Source: Clostridiales bacterium (lineage in GTDB: Bacteria > Bacillota > Clostridia > Christensenellales > Aristaeellaceae). From it: a stretch of 32,000 bases of DNA. The notes under the pieces were generated by a model. That model searched no databases. It was not told the DNA's origin and saw only the letters and a list, made by a program, of their open reading frames with translations. Below are positions 27,420-32,000 of this stretch, piece after piece. A program made the translations under genes and the position numbers. Positions within the stretch are counted from its first letter, which is position 1. Each line of letters opens with the position of its first letter. The stretch covers positions 28,349-60,348 of the forward strand of contig SFIM01000009.1 in NCBI GenBank assembly GCA_004556155.1, read 5' to 3'.

Positions 27420-27877
27420 TCCGCGTTCAGCTCCTTTCTCAGTTGTCCCCTGCCCCGGTGGATGCGTCCGCGAAGGGTGCTCAGCGGAATGCGCAGCGCC
27501 GCCGCGGCCTCCTCATAGCTCATTCCCTCCGAATAGCACAGCACAAGCGGCAGCCGCAGCTTTTCCGGCAGCGCCTCCAGCGCCAGCGTCAGGGTAGGAT
27601 CAGGGGAAGCGGCCGCCGCACGCTCGGCAACCTCATCCAGAGGAATCACACGCCGGCGTTTTCGCTGCGTGTCGTAACACGCGTTGATCAGAATGCGGGT
27701 AATCCAGGTGCGAAAGTACGCTTCATTCCGCAAATGCCCGCGCTTCTCCCAGGCCTTGAGCGCCGCTTCCTGCAGCGCGTCCTCGCAATCGGCGTTGTTC
27801 CGCAGGATCGACCAGGCTACCCGGTACATCATGCCCGAGCAGGCTTCGATCTCCGCAATGAAGGAATCCCGATCCAC
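27416..27877 (-). CDS. RNA polymerase sigma-70 factor, ECF subfamily
   Basis: Region 2 is EDALQEAALKAWEK...YFRTWITRILINACYD. Region 4 is LPEKLRLPLVLCYSEGMSYEEAAAALRIPLSTLRGRIHRGRGQL. The GTG at 27877 lies 8 nt after GGGGAGG. Alternative in-frame starts are 27886, 27931 and 27937 (the track start). Confidence 0.85.
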   Translation of the reverse strand: MDRDSFIAEIEACSGMMYRVAWSILRNNADCEDALQEAALKAWEKRGHLRNEAYFRTWITRILINACYDTQRKRRRVIPLDEVAERAAAASPDPTLTLALEALPEKLRLPLVLCYSEGMSYEEAAAALRIPLSTLRGRIHRGRGQLRKELNAE

Positions 27878-28007
27878 AGCTTTCACCTCCCCTGCAACGT
27901 TACACCTGTTAGACGGGCAAGTAAAGGGCATCGTCACGCGCGGGAAAAATATTTTCGCTTTTCAGGATGGGGCAAAAAATGCGCAGCGGCCCGCAGGATG
28001 GCATATT

Positions 28008-28339
28008 GATTTGATTGACAGGAACGGCGCCAAAATGGTATCCTGTATTTACGATTCCGGGGAAGGCCAATCAGCAAGACTGGCACACTCGTCAGCACAC
28101 TGGGTATGATCCAGCCCTTTAGGTATCGTGGGTATGTATACGATGAAGAGACTGGGCTGTATTATCTGCAAAGCAGGTACTACAATTCCGATTTTTGTCG
28201 GTTTCTCAGTACGGATACATTTGAAGTTTTGCTTATTCCACACTATCACTTTGGACAGTATTCTTTGTATTCTTACTGCGAAAACAAGCCCATTACTTCC
28301 AAATGGGTTTATAATTTGATGAAGGAAGGATCATCATGA
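28008..28339 (+). pseudogene. 5'-truncated, frameshifted remnant of an RHS repeat-associated core (no toxin domain)
   Basis: ORF 28106-28339 reads IQPFRYRGYVYDEETGLYYLQSRYYNSDFCRFLSTD...SLYSYCENKPI, the end of an RHS core. One frame over, 28017-28070 reads DRNGAKMVSCIYDSGEGQ, which is YD-repeat shaped. Nothing RHS-like lies further upstream. The 5' boundary is approximate. Confidence 0.7.
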
Positions 28340-28680
28340 ATAGATTTGAAGGTCTAATGAATGCCCACCCCCGCAAACGCTATAAGAGCTTTGCAGCCAC
28401 TGCTGCCGACACAGAAACTGTTTGGTTGGATTGTGACCCCACTCAACTTGTACCAGCCGAGCCGTGCTCAATCTCTGTATGGCCGGAAGAAATGTTTGCT
28501 TCCGCAGTTTGCCCTGACAAGGCAATATATTTCATCGAAGTTCATGAATTCTGCGAACTGCTGATAGCAAACCCTAACAGATTGATCCGTATCTTTCCCA
28601 ATGGCAAGGATCAGCAAGTAGATACTACTGCTGATGTGCTGCTTGCGGACATCAAAGAAGAACTGGATTTGGTGGAATAG
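28336..28680 (+). CDS. small acidic protein, putative orphan immunity protein (DUF2750-like by recollection)
   Basis: 114 aa with 20 D/E against 10 K/R by my count. The ATG overlaps the RHS-remnant stop (ATGA). The pattern KRY..F......ETVW......(x)n..VWP......A........IEV.EF resembles DUF2750-type proteins. The gene is AT-rich. Confidence 0.55.
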   Translation: MNRFEGLMNAHPRKRYKSFAATAADTETVWLDCDPTQLVPAEPCSISVWPEEMFASAVCPDKAIYFIEVHEFCELLIANPNRLIRIFPNGKDQQVDTTADVLLADIKEELDLVE

Positions 28681-28764
28681 TTTAGATTCTCAGCGTAGAA
28701 TGAAATGCTTTGAGCGAATGATCATGCTTTTGTCTTCTTCGATTGAATTCTGCAGACCAACCAT

Positions 28765-28798
28765 GGCGGAGCTTTGAAAAAAGGCTCCGCCTTTCTGT
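28765..28798 (+). terminator. rho-independent terminator closing the AT-rich islet
   Basis: GGCGGAGC (28765-28772) pairs with GCTCCGCC (28784-28791), followed by TTTCTGT. Confidence 0.6.
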
Positions 28799-28833
28799 AT
28801 CTAAAACAAAAAAGGATATGACATAATGCCCAC

Positions 28834-28862
28834 TTGCAATCGCGCGCATCTTGCGGTATGAT
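28834..28862 (+). promoter_or_regulatory. sigma-A type promoter for the MATE gene
   Basis: TTGCAA (28834-28839), a 17-nt spacer, then TATGAT (28857-28862). Confidence 0.6.
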
Positions 28863-28906
28863 TTATTTGTGATATTTTGCCGCTATGTATGATGGGAGGG
28901 AATCCG

Positions 28907-30289
28907 ATGCGTATTGGCAGAAGCACCGATATGACCCAGGGCACGATCTGGAAGCAGCTGCTTTCCTTTGCCGCGCCCATGCTGCTGGGGCTGATCTTCC
29001 AGCAGATGTACAACACGGTGGACTCCATTGTGGTAGGCAACTATGTAAGCTCGCAGGCGCTGGCCGCCGTGGGCACCACCGGCCCGCTGATCAACACGCT
29101 GCTGGGCTTTTTCAACGGCTTTTCCACCGGCGCTACGGTGGTCATCGCCCGCGCCTACGGCGCGCGGGACCGTAAGTCCGTGCACGATGCGGTGCACACC
29201 ACCATCCTGACCACCTTCCTAATGGCCATCCTGTTTACGGGGCTTGGCATGTATCTGACGCCCTATCTGCTGCGCATGATGAAAACGCCCGGGGATATGA
29301 TGAGCGAGGCCACGACCTACCTGCGCATCTATTTTATGGGCGTGTCGGGGCTGATGTTTTATAACATGGGCGCGGGCATCCTGCGCGCCGTGGGCGACAG
29401 CCGCCGTCCGCTGTATTTTCTGGTTTTCTCGGCCATTGTCAACACGGCGGGCGATCTGATCTTTGTGCTGGTGTTCCACATGGGCGTTGCGGGCGTAGCT
29501 TACGCGACCATCCTGGCGCAGGCGCTCTCCGCTGCGCTGGTGCTGTATGTGCTGGCGCGCTCGGACGGCCCTTATAAGCTGTTCTTCCGCCGGCTGTGCA
29601 TCAAGCTGCCGGTGCTCAGGCAAATTGTAGGCATCGGCCTGCCCACCGCCCTGCAGGGCGCGATCACCGCGTTTTCCAACGTATTCGTGCAGTCCTATAT
29701 CAACGCCTTCGGCTCGGACTGCGCGGCGGGCTGGTCCATTTACGGCAAGCTCGATCAGTTTGCCCTGCTGCCGCAGCAATCCCTCAGCGCGGCCAACACC
29801 ACCTTTGTGGGGCAGAACCTGGGCGCAGGCAACGTACCGCGCGCCAAGCGCGGCACGCGGGTGGCGCTGACCATGGGCGCGCTGTGCACCTGCACGCTGA
29901 TGGTTCCGCTGATGGCATTTTCCAAGCCTCTGCTGAGCCTGTTCAATCAAAAGCCCGAGGTGCTCTATTACGGCTCGCTGTTTGTGATGTGGATTTCGCC
30001 CTTCTATCTGTTCACCTGCGTCAACGATATCCTGGGCGGCGCGCTGCGCGGCGCGGGCGAGGCCTTCCCCACCATGGTGTGCATGCTCAGCTGCTTTGTG
30101 GTCATCCGCCAGATCTATCTTTACATCGTATCCCATGTCACGCACAACGCTGTGCTGGTAGGCTTGGGCTATCCCCTGGGCTGGGTATGCTGCGCCATAT
30201 CGCTGGTGCTGTGCTATCGCCTGCTGCCATGGGAGAAAAAGCAGGCCGCGCTGCATGCGCAGGCGGAAATGGACGAAAAGGAAGTATAA
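28907..30289 (+). CDS. MATE family efflux transporter
   Basis: N-terminus TQGTIWKQLLSFAAPMLLGLIFQQMYNTVDSIVVGNYV with about 12 TM helices. The ATG at 28907 lies 6 nt after GGGAGGG; the track start at 28877 is a TTG without an RBS. Confidence 0.9.
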   Translation: MRIGRSTDMTQGTIWKQLLSFAAPMLLGLIFQQMYNTVDSIVVGNYVSSQALAAVGTTGPLINTLLGFFNGFSTGATVVIARAYGARDRKSVHDAVHTTILTTFLMAILFTGLGMYLTPYLLRMMKTPGDMMSEATTYLRIYFMGVSGLMFYNMGAGILRAVGDSRRPLYFLVFSAIVNTAGDLIFVLVFHMGVAGVAYATILAQALSAALVLYVLARSDGPYKLFFRRLCIKLPVLRQIVGIGLPTALQGAITAFSNVFVQSYINAFGSDCAAGWSIYGKLDQFALLPQQSLSAANTTFVGQNLGAGNVPRAKRGTRVALTMGALCTCTLMVPLMAFSKPLLSLFNQKPEVLYYGSLFVMWISPFYLFTCVNDILGGALRGAGEAFPTMVCMLSCFVVIRQIYLYIVSHVTHNAVLVGLGYPLGWVCCAISLVLCYRLLPWEKKQAALHAQAEMDEKEV

Positions 30290-30301
30290 AAGCGCTTTTA
30301 C

Positions 30302-30330
30302 TTTTCAACTTCACACATTTGTGGTATACT
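30302..30330 (+). promoter_or_regulatory. extended -10 promoter for the NYN-LOTUS gene
   Basis: TTTTCA, a 17-nt spacer, then TATACT preceded by TGG (TGnTATACT). Confidence 0.45.
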
Positions 30331-30369
30331 ATTCTTGGGTAAACTTTGCCATGAAAGGGGCTATCTGTT

Positions 30370-31368
30370 TTGGGCAGCGCGAAATTCGCCGTATTTGTCG
30401 ATCTTGAAAACTGCGGGGCCAAGGTCGATACGTTAAACAACATTCTCGAAAAGGTCAAGATCCGCGGCGATATCCTGTTTGGCAAGGTCTACGGCTACAC
30501 CGACCGCTTCAGCGATCTGAAGGAAATTCTGCTTTCCAACACCTTCGTGGTCGTCCCCTCGCTGCGCTACGGAGCGGCGCAGAAAAACAACGCCGATATT
30601 CAGCTGGTCATCGACGCGCTGAAAACCGCCTATTCCAACCCGCTGATCGACAGCTTCTGCATCGTATCGGGCGACAGCGACTATGTGCCGCTGGTGGGCA
30701 CGCTGAAAAGCATGGGCAAGTTTGTGCTGGGCATCAGCCGCAGCGAGGTAGCCAGCACCATCTTCATCAACGCCTGCAACGAGTTCCAGTTTATGGAAAG
30801 CGTCGGCCCCCGGCGGGAGATCCGCGCCAAGGCCAAGAAATCGGCCATGGAGGACGACGTCCAGGACGAGGAATCGCTGTGCAAGCTGATTGAAAGCATC
30901 CTCTCGGAATCCGAGGAGGATGAAATGTATGCAAGCGAGCTTAAAGGTGTGCTGCTGCGTCTGCGCCCGCAGTTTAACGAAAAGACCTATGGCTGCGCCA
31001 CGTTCGGCAAGCTGCTGGCTAAGCTGTCCACGCACTTTGGCACCATCCGCATCCGCAACGATTCCTACAACGTGATGGTTTCCTTGGTGCCCGACGCTGC
31101 GGCTCCCGGCGCGCAGGAAAGCCAACCCCTGCGCCGCGATACCTGGCAGGCGGCCTTCGCCGCTCAGCTTCAGCGCTATAAGGACGACGGCTTCGAGCGC
31201 ATCAACCCCTCCATCCTCAAGGCCGATATCATCAGCAGCTATCCCGATTTCACCGAAAAGAGCATCGGCTTCCGCCGCTTCTCCGATATCCTCAAGCAAT
31301 TGGAAAAGGACGGCAAGCTCAAGCTGGAAATGGACTCGCAGCGCAATATGCTGATTAAAATGCTGTAA
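30370..31368 (+). CDS. NYN (LabA/DUF88-like) ribonuclease-fold protein fused to two OST-HTH/LOTUS domains
   Basis: NYN acidic motifs AVFVDLEN, NNADIQLVIDAL and IVSGDSDYVPLV. An acidic linker is followed by two LOTUS-like helical modules (...ASELKGVLLRLRPQFNEKTYGCATFGKLLAKL..., ...LKADIISSYPDFTEKSIGFRRFSDILKQLEKDG...). It has a TTG start with AAAGGGG upstream. Confidence 0.7.
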   Translation: MGSAKFAVFVDLENCGAKVDTLNNILEKVKIRGDILFGKVYGYTDRFSDLKEILLSNTFVVVPSLRYGAAQKNNADIQLVIDALKTAYSNPLIDSFCIVSGDSDYVPLVGTLKSMGKFVLGISRSEVASTIFINACNEFQFMESVGPRREIRAKAKKSAMEDDVQDEESLCKLIESILSESEEDEMYASELKGVLLRLRPQFNEKTYGCATFGKLLAKLSTHFGTIRIRNDSYNVMVSLVPDAAAPGAQESQPLRRDTWQAAFAAQLQRYKDDGFERINPSILKADIISSYPDFTEKSIGFRRFSDILKQLEKDGKLKLEMDSQRNMLIKML

Positions 31369-31383
31369 ACGAAAGGAGCGCAT

Positions 31384-32000
31384 ATGCCAGTTTATTCTGT
31401 CATCGTTCCCTGCTATAACGAGGAGCCCGTGCTGCGCGAAACGCACAAGCGGCTCACCGCCGTGCTGTCCGCCATGGACGGCGATTACGAAATCGTCTAC
31501 GTAAACGACGGCTCGCGCGATCATACGCCCGATATCCTCAACGACCTGGCCGCCCACGATCCCTGCGTGCGCGCGGTGCACTTTGCCCGCAACGCCGGGC
31601 ACCAGATGGCCGTCACGGCGGGGCTGGATTACGCCACGGGCGACGCCATCGTCATCATCGACGCAGATTTGCAGGATCCGCCCGAAATCATCCCCGAAAT
31701 GGCCGCCAAATGGCGCGCGGGCGCGCAGGTGGTCTACGGGCAGCGCAACCGCCGCGCGGGCGAAAGCGCGTTTAAGAAATTTACCGCCTTTGCCTATTAC
31801 CGGCTGCTGCGCGCCATGACAAGCACCGATATTCCCGCCGACACGGGCGATTTTCGTCTGGTGGACAGGCAGGTAGCCGACGTTGTGCGCCGCATGCCTG
31901 AGCACGCGCGCTTCCTGCGCGGCATGTTCGCGTGGGTAGGCTTCAGACAGGAAGCCGTGCGCTACGACCGCGATAAGCGCTTCGCGGGCGAAACGCATTA
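31384..32000 (+). CDS. family 2 glycosyltransferase (GtrB / polyprenol-phosphate glycosyltransferase-like), 5' partial
   Basis: My translation reads MPVYSVIVPCYNEEPVL...YVNDGSRD...IIDADLQDPPE...VVYGQR, which are GT2 signatures including DxD. AAAGGAG RBS precedes the start, 15 nt after the NYN gene stop. The ORF runs off the window and is not in the track. Confidence 0.8.
   Translation, partial: MPVYSVIVPCYNEEPVLRETHKRLTAVLSAMDGDYEIVYVNDGSRDHTPDILNDLAAHDPCVRAVHFARNAGHQMAVTAGLDYATGDAIVIIDADLQDPPEIIPEMAAKWRAGAQVVYGQRNRRAGESAFKKFTAFAYYRLLRAMTSTDIPADTGDFRLVDRQVADVVRRMPEHARFLRGMFAWVGFRQEAVRYDRDKRFAGETH

Noticed and set aside
28799-28906. Guanidine (ykkC-type) or other riboswitch upstream of the MATE exporter.
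   Set aside because: A good sigma-A promoter at 28834-28862 leaves only about 38 nt of leader, with no room for an aptamer and no terminator.
1-32000. CRISPR arrays, tRNA/rRNA genes, transposases/integrases, restriction-modification or other canonical defence genes.
   Set aside because: Intergenic regions are short (mostly under 270 nt) and accounted for by promoters and terminators. I saw no spaced direct repeats, no cloverleaf-like GTTCGAATC-type arms and no matching ORF families.

Overview
This is a high-GC (roughly 60% by eye) chromosomal segment from a spore-forming Clostridia-type Firmicute; Oscillospiraceae/Ruminococcaceae-like is my inference, not a search result. I call 30 protein-coding genes (two partial at the window edges) and one pseudogene, with no rRNA, tRNA, CRISPR array, transposase or integrase. 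Content in order: a cell-wall pair (VanY-type carboxypeptidase, 4xSH3b protein); glmS; a LysR-flanked HAD plus CUT1 sugar ABC operon; brnQ overlapping a glycerate 2-kinase gene; AraC plus a phosphohexomutase; a rhomboid-like pseudoprotease; spoVAC-spoVAD-spoVAE; iorA-iorB-paaK; pgi; a small cytidine-deaminase-fold gene; a GNAT in an AT-rich islet; spoIVA; an ECF sigma/anti-sigma pair; a second AT-rich islet; a MATE exporter; and a NYN plus 2xLOTUS (OST-HTH) gene followed by a GT2 glycosyltransferase. The second islet holds a 5'-truncated, frameshifted RHS core remnant with no toxin tip, overlapping a small acidic immunity-like gene. Many neighbouring genes overlap by 4 nt (ATGA or GTGA), so operon structure is tight. 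I see no convincing complete novel multi-gene system. The best leads are the RHS remnant with its orphan immunity-like gene, the MARF1-like NYN-LOTUS protein and the catalytically dead rhomboid beside spoVA. All product names come from motif recognition in the translated ORFs; no searches were run.
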